Source: Nannocystis bainbridge (GTDB lineage Bacteria; Myxococcota_A; Polyangia; Nannocystales; Nannocystaceae). Taken from it: a stretch of 64,000 nucleotides of DNA. Under the pieces are notes generated by a model that did not search any database, was not told where the DNA came from, and saw nothing but the letters and a program-made list of their open reading frames with translations. A program made the position numbers and the translations under genes. This document shows, piece by piece, positions 1 to 8,910 of the stretch (the first letter of the stretch is position 1; each line of letters opens with the position of its first letter). Location of the stretch: NCBI RefSeq assembly GCF_028368995.1, contig NZ_JAQNDL010000001.1:1664001-1728000 (forward strand). The letters run 5' to 3'.

Positions 1-1142
1 ACGGCCGCCTGCTGCCCGCGCGTGAACTCGCCGCGCGAGGCCGTGCCAGCCACGTGGTATTCGGTGACGACCAGCTCGAGCCCGGGCCGCACGCCGTCGA
101 GGGCCGCCCGCGCGCGCGCGAAGCCGGGGCGGAACGCCTCGGCGCCGGCCAGCGTGAAGAACAGATCGCCGGGCCCGGACCAGCCGAGAGTGCGCGCGTC
201 GTCGAGGAGGTAGTGATGGACGACGGCCCCGGCGACCGATGGATCGCGCAAGAGCGGCGCGAGGCCCTCGACGGCCGCCTCGACGCCGCCCCACCCGTCC
301 ATCGACGCCTGCGCGAGCGGGACCCAGAAGCGCGCCTCGGGCTCGACGGCCTTGACCGCGGCCACGTATTCGAGCGCGCGCGCGGCGTAGTCGGCCGCCG
401 CGGCGCTCGGCTTGCCGGCCCACGCCGGATCGCCGCCGTGCTTGGCCTCGGGGTTGGCGTACGCATAGTCGCCGTCCGCGGAATGGCCGGTGTTCCACGG
501 GCCGTAGCTCTCGCTGCCGAGCTCGAACAGGGTCTGCCGATACGGCTGGTCCTGACCCCAGTGCAGGCGCGCGGCGACGTTGATGTCGTCGGCGTCGGCG
601 CCGTTGAGGTGGGCGACGTAGGCCGCGGCCTCGGCGGCCGTACCTGACCCAAAGTTCAGGGTCACGATCGGCGCGGCGTCGGCGTCCTGCATCAGCGCGA
701 AGTACTCGAAGGTGGCCATGGCGTCGCCGGGCGCCGCGGCGCGGCCGGGCTCGACCCACTTGTAAAAGTGGTAGCCGTCGCCGCCGCGGGCGCCGTCGAT
801 CGGCAGGCCGGCGAAGCGCATCCACGGCGCGCGCCCGTGGCCCGGCCGCGCCTCCGCCAGCGCCTGCGCGGCCGCGACCTTGACCGGCGTGCGCCATTCG
901 GGGTGCAGCGGGTCGTTCTCGGGCGCGTAGCGGGTGCCAGGGCCGAGGTTCCAGCCGACCAGGTCGCCGACGGGCTCGCCCGGCCGCGTGAAGTCGAGGT
1001 TGGCGTGCACGTCGCCGGTCATCACGGGGGCGTCGCCGGTCGACGTGCTGAGCACGCCGAAGGTGGTCACGGGCGGCGCGATCGAGTTGCACGCGAGCAG
1101 CCACAGCCCGGGGACCAGCGACGCCGCACCACGCACCTGCAT
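1..1142 (-). CDS. GH51 alpha-L-arabinofuranosidase-like (clan GH-A) lipoprotein, truncated by window start
   Basis: Not in the ORF track; translated by hand from ATG at 1142: MQVRGAASLVPGLWLLAC (lipobox)...TLNFGSGTAAEAAAYVAHLN...FELGSESYGPWNTGH...LVVTEY, matching GH51-type acid/base (LGNE) and nucleophile (xxEY/W) regions. Confidence 0.7.
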   Translation of the reverse strand, partial: MQVRGAASLVPGLWLLACNSIAPPVTTFGVLSTSTGDAPVMTGDVHANLDFTRPGEPVGDLVGWNLGPGTRYAPENDPLHPEWRTPVKVAAAQALAEARPGHGRAPWMRFAGLPIDGARGGDGYHFYKWVEPGRAAAPGDAMATFEYFALMQDADAAPIVTLNFGSGTAAEAAAYVAHLNGADADDINVAARLHWGQDQPYRQTLFELGSESYGPWNTGHSADGDYAYANPEAKHGGDPAWAGKPSAAAADYAARALEYVAAVKAVEPEARFWVPLAQASMDGWGGVEAAVEGLAPLLRDPSVAGAVVHHYLLDDARTLGWSGPGDLFFTLAGAEAFRPGFARARAALDGVRPGLELVVTEYHVAGTASRGEFTRGQQAA

Positions 1143-1247
1143 CGACCGTCGATACCACGATCAGGGATCGCCGTAGAAGCGCTTTCGCACGGCTCCGCGC
1201 GGCCGCGGCGTCTCTCTGTCCCGGAAGTCATGTGGTATCGGGGGCCC

Positions 1248-3116
1248 ATGCTGCCTCGCCCGCCCCGCACGGTCCTCACATTCGCGGCCCTGGCCCTGCT
1301 GGGTTGTCCGCGGCCGCCGGCGAGCGAGGCGCCGGCGCGGACCTCCCCGCCGATCGCGGCGGAGCTGGTGATCCGCGACGTCCGGCTGTTCGACGGCGAA
1401 ACGGTGGTCGCCCGCACGTCGGTCGCGGTCCAGCGCGGCACCATCGTCGCGGTCGGGCCCGACCTCGTGGTCGCCGACGGGGCGGTCGTGATCGACGGCG
1501 CCGGCCGGACCCTGCTGCCGGGCCTCATCGACGCGCACACGCACATTCAGTCGGGCGACCAGCTGCGCCAGGCGCTGGTGTTCGGGGTGACCACCGAGCT
1601 CGACATGTTCACCCTGCCGGCGGTGACCGGGCCGCTGCGCAAGGCCGTCGCCGGGGCCGGTGGGCGCGCCATGGCCGACTTTCGCAGCGCCGGGATCCTC
1701 GCCACCGCGCCGGGCGGGCACGGCACCGAGTACGGCTTCGCCATCCCGACCCTCACCGGCCCCGACCAGGCCCCCGCGTTCGTCGCGGCCCGCCTGTCCG
1801 AAGGGTCCGATTACCTCAAGATCGTGCTCGACGACGGCTCCGGCTTCGGCCGCACGAGCCCCACCCTCGCCGTCGACACCGTCCGGGCCCTCGTCGCCGC
1901 CGCGCGCTCGCAAGGCCTGACGACGCTGGTCCACGTCAGCAGCCAGCGCGAGGCCACCGCGGCGATCGAGGCCGGCGCCGACGGCCTGGCTCACGTGTTC
2001 GTCGACGCCCCCGCGACCGACGCGTTCGTGGCCCTGGCCCGCGACAAGCGGGTGTTCGTGACCGACACGCTGGCGGTGATCATGGGGCTGTGCGAGCGCG
2101 ACCACGGCAAGGCGCTGGCCGCCGATCCGGAGCTGGCGCCGTTCCTCGGGCCGGGCGAAGAGCGGGCGCTGAAGACCGGCTGGCCGGTCACCGTGCCGGC
2201 GGCGACGTGCGAGGCGGCGCTGGCGAGCGTCGGCGCCCTGCACCGCGCGGGCGTGCCGCTGCTCGCCAGCACCGACGCGCCCAACCCCGGCACCGTGCAC
2301 GGCGCCTCGCTTCACGACGAGCTGGCGCTGCTGGTGCGCGCCGGCCTGCCGGCGACCGCGGCGCTGGCGGCGGCCACGTCTGTCCCGGCGGACAGCTTCA
2401 AGGCGATCCTCGGCGATCGCGGCCGCGTGGCCGTGGGCAAGCGCGCCGACCTGCTGCTGGTGCGCGGCGACCCGACGGTCGACATCACGAGCACGCGGGC
2501 GATCGAGGCGGTGTGGAAGGCCGGGCAGCGGCTCGACCGCGACAGCTACCGCCGGGCCGTGGCCGAGGAGCGGGCGGCCGTCGAGGCCCAGCGCTCCGCC
2601 GCGCCGCCGCCCGGCGCGGAGTCGGGCAAGATCGCCGCGTTCGAGGCCGGCAAGCTGGCGGCGGAGTTCGGCGCCGGCTGGCAGCCCGGCACCGACGCGC
2701 TGATCGGCGGCGCCTCGACGGTCGAGCTCGGGCTCGCCAAGAAGGGCGCGCGCAAGAGCAAGGGCGCGCTGCGCATGACCGGCAGCGTGGTCGAGGCCGA
2801 GCGGCCGAAGTGGGCCGGGGCGATGTTCTTCCCCGGCGACGAGCCGATGCAGCCGGCCAACCTGCGCAAGTTCACCCGCCTGGTGTTCGCCGCCCGCGGC
2901 GACGCGCCGGGCGCGATGACGGTGATGCTGTTCGCGACCCAGTTCGGCATCGCCCCGGTGCGCAAGGAGCTCGCCGTCAGCCGCGAGTGGAGCGAGTTCT
3001 CGGTCGATTTCGCCGCGCTCGGCCTGACCGAGGCCCACGACCTGACCGGCCTGTTCTTCGGCGCGACCCAGGCCGGCGCGTTCGCGCTCGAGCTCGACGA
3101 CGTCCGGCTCGAGTAG
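1248..3116 (+). CDS. Metal-dependent amidohydrolase with C-terminal CIA30/CBM11-like domain, probable lipoprotein
   Basis: PGLIDAHTH, YLKI, LVH, LAH and STD metal-binding motifs; GKRADLLLV; C-terminal beta-sandwich; LALLGC signal. Start trimmed from ORF 768..3116. Confidence 0.85.
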   Translation: MLPRPPRTVLTFAALALLGCPRPPASEAPARTSPPIAAELVIRDVRLFDGETVVARTSVAVQRGTIVAVGPDLVVADGAVVIDGAGRTLLPGLIDAHTHIQSGDQLRQALVFGVTTELDMFTLPAVTGPLRKAVAGAGGRAMADFRSAGILATAPGGHGTEYGFAIPTLTGPDQAPAFVAARLSEGSDYLKIVLDDGSGFGRTSPTLAVDTVRALVAAARSQGLTTLVHVSSQREATAAIEAGADGLAHVFVDAPATDAFVALARDKRVFVTDTLAVIMGLCERDHGKALAADPELAPFLGPGEERALKTGWPVTVPAATCEAALASVGALHRAGVPLLASTDAPNPGTVHGASLHDELALLVRAGLPATAALAAATSVPADSFKAILGDRGRVAVGKRADLLLVRGDPTVDITSTRAIEAVWKAGQRLDRDSYRRAVAEERAAVEAQRSAAPPPGAESGKIAAFEAGKLAAEFGAGWQPGTDALIGGASTVELGLAKKGARKSKGALRMTGSVVEAERPKWAGAMFFPGDEPMQPANLRKFTRLVFAARGDAPGAMTVMLFATQFGIAPVRKELAVSREWSEFSVDFAALGLTEAHDLTGLFFGATQAGAFALELDDVRLE

Positions 3117-3179
3117 CGCTGTCCCCGAGGACATGCTCCGCGGGACATGTCCTATCTGACATGTCCCGAAGGCATCCTC
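3115..3179. repeat. GACATGTC 14-bp-pitch array (about 5 units)
   Basis: CATG-core positions 3118 (degenerate), 3132, 3146, 3160, 3173 (degenerate); begins at the stop codon of the amidohydrolase. Confidence 0.9.
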
Positions 3180-3195
3180 GCGCCGTCGCGGGCGC

Positions 3196-3244
3196 TTGAC
3201 TCGCGCCCGCACGACATTTAGACGTTAACCTAAACGTCCAAATG
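3196..3244 (+). promoter_or_regulatory. Palindromic operator CATTTAGACGTT-N6-AACGTCCAAATG overlapping a sigma70-like promoter (TTGACT-17-TAGACG), antisense to the ArsR gene
   Basis: 11/12-bp inverted repeat at 3215-3244; similar to the site at 3683-3712. Confidence 0.55.
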
Positions 3245-3265
3245 AACGCAAGCACGACCGGTGCT

Positions 3266-3547
3266 TCACAGCTCGGCCAGGCGGGCCAGGTAGGCTCGCC
3301 AGACGTCGCGCTGGAACACCACGTGGGCGAATTTGCCGTCGCGCACGATCTCGACCAGCCCGGCGGTCTCGAGCTCCTTGAGGTGGTGCGAGATCGTCGC
3401 CTGACTGACCGCGTGACACTCGACGATCGCGGCGCAGGGCATCTGCTGCGCGCGGTCGGCCGCCAGGTCTTGCAAGATCTTGAAGCGCCGCGGCTCGGCC
3501 AGGGCGCTCGAGATCCGCTGGACCTGCTTGTCCGTCAAGCGAGTCAT
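3266..3547 (-). CDS. ArsR/SmtB family transcriptional regulator
   Basis: [11 protein letters not shown]...[18 protein letters not shown] winged-HTH signature, 93 aa. Confidence 0.92.
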   Translation of the reverse strand: MTRLTDKQVQRISSALAEPRRFKILQDLAADRAQQMPCAAIVECHAVSQATISHHLKELETAGLVEIVRDGKFAHVVFQRDVWRAYLARLAEL

Positions 3548-3663
3548 CGCCAGGGCAGCGTAACACGGGGACCGCCGCGACCCTAGCCCGGCGGGCGGCC
3601 GTGTGCGCGGTCACGGCGACACGGCGGTCCGGGCGCGCGGCGACGAAAAACAGCGACGGTGAT

Positions 3664-3712
3664 TTGCGCCCGGCTCATTCGTCATTTAGATTTTCATCGA
3701 AACGTCGAACTG
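3664..3712 (+). promoter_or_regulatory. Putative SDR promoter (TTGCGC-17-TAGATT) with overlapping palindromic operator CATTTAGATTTT-N6-AACGTCGAACTG
   Basis: AT-rich island in the divergent ArsR/SDR intergenic region; -35 at 3664-3669, -10 at 3687-3692. Confidence 0.6.
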
Positions 3713-3735
3713 ATAACACGACGGGGAGAGCGGAC

Positions 3736-4488
3736 ATGGTCGAGTCATTGAAGAACAAGGTCGCGGTCGTCACCGGGGCGTCCAAGGGCATCGGCGCGGG
3801 CATCGCTCGCGCGCTGGCGGGCGCTGGCGCGGCGGTGGTCGTCAACTACGCCGGCGACCGGGCGGGCGCCGAGCGGGTCGTCCGCGAGATCGTCGAGCGC
3901 GACGGCAAGGCCGTCGCGGTCCAGGCCGACGTGGCCAAGGCGGCGGACGTGCGGCGGCTGCTGGCCGAGGCCCGGCGTCAGTTCGGCCGGCTCGACATCC
4001 TCGTCAACAACGCCGGGGTGTTCCGCTTCGATCCGCTCGAGGCCGTCACCGAGGCCGAGTTCCACCGCGAGTTCGGCGTCAACGTGCTCGGGCCGCTGCT
4101 GGCCGTGCAAGAGGCGCTGAAGTACTTCGGGCCCGAGGGCGGCAGCGTGATCAACATCGGCTCCTCGGTGACGCGCCGGCCGGCCCCGCAGTCGGTCGTC
4201 TACACCGCCAGCAAGCACGCGCTCGACGGCATCACCCAGGCCCTCGCGGCCGAGCTCGGGCCGCGGAAGATCCGCGTCAACTCGATCAACCCCGGCCCGG
4301 TCGACACCGAGGGCGCGCGCACGCTCGCCGTGATCGGCAGCGAGTTCGAGCGCCAGATGGTCGCCGCCACCCCGCTCGGGCGCGTCGGCCAGCCGGACGA
4401 CATCGCCGCGGTGGCGCTGTTCCTGGCCTCGCCGGCGTCCGGGTGGCTGACCGGCGAGATCCTCACCGCCTCCGGCGGGCTGCGCTGA
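3736..4488 (+). CDS. Short-chain dehydrogenase/reductase (FabG/glucose 1-dehydrogenase-like)
   Basis: [17 protein letters not shown] motifs; GGAG RBS upstream of ATG 3736. Confidence 0.93.
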   Translation: MVESLKNKVAVVTGASKGIGAGIARALAGAGAAVVVNYAGDRAGAERVVREIVERDGKAVAVQADVAKAADVRRLLAEARRQFGRLDILVNNAGVFRFDPLEAVTEAEFHREFGVNVLGPLLAVQEALKYFGPEGGSVINIGSSVTRRPAPQSVVYTASKHALDGITQALAAELGPRKIRVNSINPGPVDTEGARTLAVIGSEFERQMVAATPLGRVGQPDDIAAVALFLASPASGWLTGEILTASGGLR

Positions 4489-4580
4489 CCGGCGGGTGGG
4501 CAGGCCCGCTCGCCGGGCTTCGATCTGGTGCCACGCCGGCCACGGCTGCGGTGGCGCGCGAATCGGCGTAGCATGATCGA

Positions 4581-5084
4581 ATGCATGGTTTGCGATGCGA
4601 CGCTCCGGGCTTCAGCCCCCCGATCTCGCGGTGCGGCGCGGCGCTGTTGGGGGCCCTGCTGGTGGCCAGCCAGGCCGGCTGCGAGAGCTGCTCCTTCAAC
4701 CACGGCGGCATCGAGCTCGAGGTCGCCGTGCAGCTCGTCGACGAGGCCGGCCAGCCGCTGACGGCCGCCGAGTTCGAGAAGCGGCGGGCCGCGGCGACGG
4801 TCACCACCTGCGTGCACGGTCGGGACGTCGAGCAGTGCGACACCGACCCCACGTATTACGCGACGCCGCACCCCGAGCCGGCGATCGCAACCTTTTACGT
4901 CGGGGTCGGCGGCGAGGCGTACGAGCCCTCGGCCGTGTCGCGCCGCTGTTACTTCCCGTCGCTGCGGGTCAAGGTCGAGATCCCCGGCTGCGACACCGGC
5001 GAGCACGAGGTCCCCGGCGCGCGCACCGACGGCTACGGCCCGATGCTCGTCGAGACGCTCAAGCTCACCTGCGGCGCGGCGTAG
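4581..5084 (+). CDS. Hypothetical Cys-containing secreted protein or lipoprotein
   Basis: Hydrophobic signal followed by AGC, coding-like GC3 bias; start uncertain. Confidence 0.6.
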   Translation: MHGLRCDAPGFSPPISRCGAALLGALLVASQAGCESCSFNHGGIELEVAVQLVDEAGQPLTAAEFEKRRAAATVTTCVHGRDVEQCDTDPTYYATPHPEPAIATFYVGVGGEAYEPSAVSRRCYFPSLRVKVEIPGCDTGEHEVPGARTDGYGPMLVETLKLTCGAA

Positions 5085-5106
5085 ACATGTGCCTCGGGAC
5101 ATGTCC
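5083..5106. repeat. GACATGTC 14-bp-pitch array (2 units)
   Basis: AGACATGTGC and GGACATGTCC, cores at 5086 and 5100, filling the gap between convergent stops. Confidence 0.8.
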
Positions 5107-5111
5107 GGCGA

Positions 5112-5486
5112 TCACGGCCACACGTTGGAGCCCGGCGCGCCGGCCAGCGGGCGGCGGGCGTCGATGACACAGAAGCGCTGGCCGGTCGGCGCCTCCATCA
5201 CCACCCAGCGCGGGCCCCGGGCGACCTGCCGGGCACCGAGGCGCTCGAGCCGGGCGACCTCGGCCGACTGGTCGTCGGTCTCGATGTCGAGGTGGAGGCG
5301 GCTCGGGTGGCTGACCCGCTGGACCTCGATGTGCAGGTCGCGGGCGCTGGCGTCGAGCACGGCGTAACCGTGGCCGTCGTCGCCCTCGGAGGCCATGCCG
5401 AGCGCGCGGCTCCAAAACGCGGCGGCGTCGTCGGGCGGGGTGTCCTGGCAATCGATGATGAATCCGGCGAGGCGGCTGTGGTGCAT
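5112..5486 (-). CDS. VOC/glyoxalase family protein
   Basis: MHHSRLAGFIIDC...AAFWSRALG...RLHLDIET...WVVMEAPTGQRFCV. Confidence 0.88.
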   Translation of the reverse strand: MHHSRLAGFIIDCQDTPPDDAAAFWSRALGMASEGDDGHGYAVLDASARDLHIEVQRVSHPSRLHLDIETDDQSAEVARLERLGARQVARGPRWVVMEAPTGQRFCVIDARRPLAGAPGSNVWP

Positions 5487-5566
5487 CGCGAGGGTGTACC
5501 AGAGCCGCCCGCGCGAGGACCACGGCGAATGCGGCGAGTCGCCGAGCGGGCTCGACGGTATGCGGC

Positions 5567-6013
5567 TCAGCGGCGATGGCCGTAGTAGAACCGTGGAAAG
5601 GCGCGGGCCTGAAACTCGGCGATCAGCTCGCGCGGGAAGAACGGCAAGGTGTGGAGCTCGGCCAGCGGGACCCATACGATGCCGCTCTGCCAAGCGTCCG
5701 GCGAGAGCATGCGCAGGGTCTGGCCGGGCAGCAGGCGGCCGTGCACGAACACCTCGACCTGATGGAAGCCGGGCGGCAGGTTGGTGACGGCCAGGCGGTC
5801 GGCGATGATCTCGCGGATGAAGGCGACCGCGCCGAACTCGGCCTGCGCCCCGAGCTCCTCCTGCAGCTCGCGGTGGAACGCCTCCTCGAGGGTCTCGTTG
5901 TCCTGGACGCCGCCGCCGGGGGTCACGTACCACGGCCCGCCGGCGTCCTCGAATTGCTCGAGCAGGATGTTGTCGTCCTCGACGAGGATGGCGCGCACGG
6001 CGAGACGCGGCAT
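5567..6013 (-). CDS. NUDIX hydrolase
   Basis: Nudix box PGGGVQDNETLEEAFHRELQEELG. Confidence 0.9.
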   Translation of the reverse strand: MPRLAVRAILVEDDNILLEQFEDAGGPWYVTPGGGVQDNETLEEAFHRELQEELGAQAEFGAVAFIREIIADRLAVTNLPPGFHQVEVFVHGRLLPGQTLRMLSPDAWQSGIVWVPLAELHTLPFFPRELIAEFQARAFPRFYYGHRR

Positions 6014-6201
6014 GGTGCGCGCGACGATAGCGGATCGCCGGCGCGGCGCATACGTCCGCGGCGACGGCCCGAGCCGACGCCGGGGCCGGACGCGAGGGCG
6101 TCACGAGTTCGACGGCCGGCGGCGCCCGCAGGAGGACCCGCGCGAGGCGCGAGGCGACGGGTCACGTCGTCGCGGCGGGCCGTCGAGCACGGATCGGCGG
6201 A

Positions 6202-6267
6202 AAGCATGGCTTTTACGACATGCCCCGATAGACATGTCTTTTCGGACATGTACACGGGAACATGCCC
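6202..6267. repeat. GACATGTC 14-bp-pitch array (5 units)
   Basis: CATG at 6205, 6219, 6233, 6247, 6261; just downstream of the AraC stop. Confidence 0.95.
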
Positions 6268-6282
6268 TTTTTAAAAAGCATC

Positions 6283-7191
6283 TCAGTCGCGCCCGCGCAG
6301 CGCCCGGCGGTAGGCTTGCGGCGGGGTCCCGCGCGCGCGCACGAAGGCGCGGGTGAACGCGGGTTCGCTGGCGTAGCCGACGCGGGCGGCGATCGCCTTG
6401 ACCGGGGCGTCGGTGGTAGCGAGCAGGCTGGCGGCGCGGTCGAGGCGGAGGCGGCGGAGGTAGCTGCCGACCGGCTCGCCGAGCAGCGCGGTGGCACGGG
6501 CGGCCAGCACCGAGCGCGACATCCCGACCTCGGCCGCCAGCTCGCCGAGCGCCCACGGCTTCTCCGGCTCGGCGCGCAGCCGCAGCAGCGCCGCCACCAC
6601 CCGGTCGTCGCGCAGCGCCTCGGCGCCCGGCAGCGCCGCGCCCTCGACCCGCAGCGCGTGGGCGAACAGCGCCTGCGCCCACGCGGCGGTGATCGTCTCG
6701 CGCAGCGACGGCGACAGCGCCCGGGCCCGCCCGAGCAGCGCCAGCGTGTCCGCCAACCAGCCGCCGAGCTCGCGGTCGTCGTGGGTGACGTGCACCACCG
6801 CCGGCAGCAGCGACAGCCACGGCGCGTCGGCGTGATCGATCTGCAGGTCGACGATCACGAGGCTCGTCGTCGCCGCCGCCGCGCTGGCCCACACGTCCGC
6901 CGCCGTCTGGTGCATGCCGACGCAGGCGCTGCCGCCCGGCGGCACCAGGGTGCCGGGGCCGTCGCGGATCACGTGCTCGTCGGCGCGCGGGAGGAAGGCG
7001 AGCTCACCTGGCCCGAGAGACAGGCTCTTGCCCGCGACTCGCAGCTCGCCGCCGCCGTGCAGCGCGGCGTACAGCTTGGCGCTGCCGCACGCGGCCCGAC
7101 GATGCTTGCCCCACCGCCCGCCGAGCTCGAGGGTGTTGACCTCGCTGCCGAGGACGACGAGAGAGCGCGCCAGCGCGTCGAGCCCGGTCAT
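6283..7191 (-). CDS. AraC family regulator with cupin_6-like N-domain
   Basis: C-terminal PEKPWALGELAAEVGMSRS...VGYASEPAFTRAFVRARGTPP double HTH. Confidence 0.92.
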   Translation of the reverse strand: MTGLDALARSLVVLGSEVNTLELGGRWGKHRRAACGSAKLYAALHGGGELRVAGKSLSLGPGELAFLPRADEHVIRDGPGTLVPPGGSACVGMHQTAADVWASAAAATTSLVIVDLQIDHADAPWLSLLPAVVHVTHDDRELGGWLADTLALLGRARALSPSLRETITAAWAQALFAHALRVEGAALPGAEALRDDRVVAALLRLRAEPEKPWALGELAAEVGMSRSVLAARATALLGEPVGSYLRRLRLDRAASLLATTDAPVKAIAARVGYASEPAFTRAFVRARGTPPQAYRRALRGRD

Positions 7192-7206
7192 CGCCGCGAA
7201 GCATAC

Positions 7207-7294
7207 CCCACGGCGGCTCGCCTGGCCCGTCCGCGGGCACGCCGGCCTATAACCCACGGCGGCTCGCCTGGCCCGTCCGCGGGCACGCCGGCCT
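7207..7294. repeat. Exact 42-bp direct repeat x2 (period 46) in the divergent AraC promoter region
   Basis: CCCACGGCGGCTCGCCTGGCCCGTCCGCGGGCACGCCGGCCT at 7207-7248 and 7253-7294. Confidence 0.9.
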
Positions 7295-7407
7295 GTCGCA
7301 GAGTCGCGCCGGCGCACCTCGCTGGCCCCTCGCTCAGGACGCGCGGATCGGCGATCCGGACGCGCGGTGCGGCCGGCCGCATTAGCCTCACGACCATGGG
7401 AGACGCC

Positions 7408-7857
7408 ATGCAAGACCTTGCACAGGATCCACCGCGCCGCGCGACCGAGCTGCTCGCGGATCACCTCGAGTGGATCGCCCGCGACATCGAGCGCTGGCTG
7501 CAGCTGTTCGCCGACGACGCGGTCGTCGAGTTCCCTTACGCCGTGCGCCTCGGGATGCCGACGCGGCTGACCGGCAAGACCGCGATCGCCGAGTACTTCC
7601 GACGCACGCCGGGCGTGTTCCGCGACCTGCGCTTCCGCGACCTGCAGGTCCACGCGACCACGAACCCCGAGGTCGTGCTCGGCGAGGTCCACGGCTCGGC
7701 GACGCTGGCCCCGGGCGGCGAGGTCTACGAGCAGGACTACGTGATGGTGCTGGAGTGCCGCGCGGGGCAGATCGTGCGCTACCGCGAGTACTGGGATCCG
7801 TCCGCGGCGAGCGGGTTCCGCGACGGCCCGGTCCGCGCCGCGCTGGGAGGTGGGTGA
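7408..7857 (+). CDS. SnoaL/NTF2-like protein (PhzA/B-like)
   Basis: LFADDAVVEFPYA...YEQDYVMVLECRAGQIVRYREYWDP; GGAG RBS. Confidence 0.88.
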   Translation: MQDLAQDPPRRATELLADHLEWIARDIERWLQLFADDAVVEFPYAVRLGMPTRLTGKTAIAEYFRRTPGVFRDLRFRDLQVHATTNPEVVLGEVHGSATLAPGGEVYEQDYVMVLECRAGQIVRYREYWDPSAASGFRDGPVRAALGGG

Positions 7858-8675
7858 TGCGCGCGCTCGTCACGGGAGGCACCGGCAAGACCGGCAGCGC
7901 GGTGGTCCGCGGGCTGCGAGCCCGCGGCGCGGTGGTGAAGATCGCCAGCCGTCACCCGCGCGACCCGGACGCCGTCGGCTTCGACTGGGCCGATGTCTCC
8001 TCACACGACGCGGCGCTCGCGGGCGTCGACGCCGTCTACCTGGTGGCGCCGGGGCTGGTCAGCGATCCCGAGCGACTCATGGTGCCGTTCATCGACCGCG
8101 CGGTGGCCGGCGGCGTCCAGCGCTTCGCGCTGCTCAGCTCCTCCGCCATCGAAGCGGGGACGCCCGGCCTCGGCGCGGTGCATGCGGCCCTGCGGGCACG
8201 CGCGCCGGCGTGGACCGTGCTGCGCCCGTCGTGGTTCATGCAGAACTTCGTCGACCCGCAGCACGGGATCGGCCGCGGCGTCCGTGAAGCGCGAGCGTTC
8301 GTCAGCGCCAGCGGCGCGGGGCGGATCGGCTTCATCGACGCGGAGGACATCGCCGCCGTCGCCGTGGCGACCCTGTTCGCCCCGGCCGACGCCGACCTGA
8401 TCCTCACCGGCCCGCAGGCGCTGTCCTACGACGAGGCCGCGGCGATCCTCTCGGAGGTGCTCGGCGAGCCGGTGACCCACCGCGCCATCACGGTCGAAGC
8501 CTGGTGCGCCCGCCTCGTCGCCGCCGGCATGCCCGCCCCGTACGCGGCGATGCTCGGCGCGCTCGAGCAGGCGATCGCGGGCGGGGCCGAGGACCGCGTG
8601 ACCGACGAGGTCCTGCGCCGCACCGGCCGCCCGCCCCGCTCGCTGCGAGCGTTCGCGCAGGCGGCGTTACAGTGA
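7857..8675 (+). CDS. NmrA-like atypical SDR (EasG/ergot-alkaloid-protein-like)
   Basis: VTGGTGKTG, FDW, LRPSWFMQNF, FIDAEDIA, LTGP; start overlaps the upstream stop (TGATG). Confidence 0.9.
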   Translation: MRALVTGGTGKTGSAVVRGLRARGAVVKIASRHPRDPDAVGFDWADVSSHDAALAGVDAVYLVAPGLVSDPERLMVPFIDRAVAGGVQRFALLSSSAIEAGTPGLGAVHAALRARAPAWTVLRPSWFMQNFVDPQHGIGRGVREARAFVSASGAGRIGFIDAEDIAAVAVATLFAPADADLILTGPQALSYDEAAAILSEVLGEPVTHRAITVEAWCARLVAAGMPAPYAAMLGALEQAIAGGAEDRVTDEVLRRTGRPPRSLRAFAQAALQ

Positions 8676-8696
8676 CGCGGCAGTCGTGACTTGTTC

Positions 8697-8747
8697 TCGA
8701 ATGACCTGAAGGACATGTCCTATACGACATGTCCTTCGGACACTGCG
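8697..8747. repeat. GACATGTC 14-bp-pitch array (3-4 units)
   Basis: Cores at 8700 (AATG), 8714, 8728, 8741 (degenerate). Confidence 0.85.
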
Positions 8748-8880
8748 CCGCAGCGGCACGGTCTGCGAGCTGGAGCAGGCCCGGCGGCCCCCCAAAGCCA
8801 GTACCCAACCGCGGTTGGAGCGACCAACGCGGCCTGCCCGTTCGAGCCCCGGAACCACAGGAATCGCGGCCCGTGGAGCC

Positions 8881-8895
8881 TGGCACGCCGCTTGC
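8881..8895 (+). promoter_or_regulatory. Putative sigma54 -24/-12 promoter
   Basis: TGGCACG-CCGC-TTGC, exact match to TGGCACG-N4-TTGC, immediately upstream of ATG 8911. Confidence 0.55.
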
Positions 8896-8910
8896 CTTGG
8901 CCGGTACAGC

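Noticed and set aside
3242-3586. 114-aa + strand ORF starting at the downstream operator
   Set aside because: Exact antisense shadow of the ArsR gene; no independent coding evidence
6283-8675. AraC-SnoaL-NmrA as an ergot alkaloid or phenazine biosynthetic cluster
   Set aside because: No scaffold-forming enzymes nearby; this is a common stress/detoxification module
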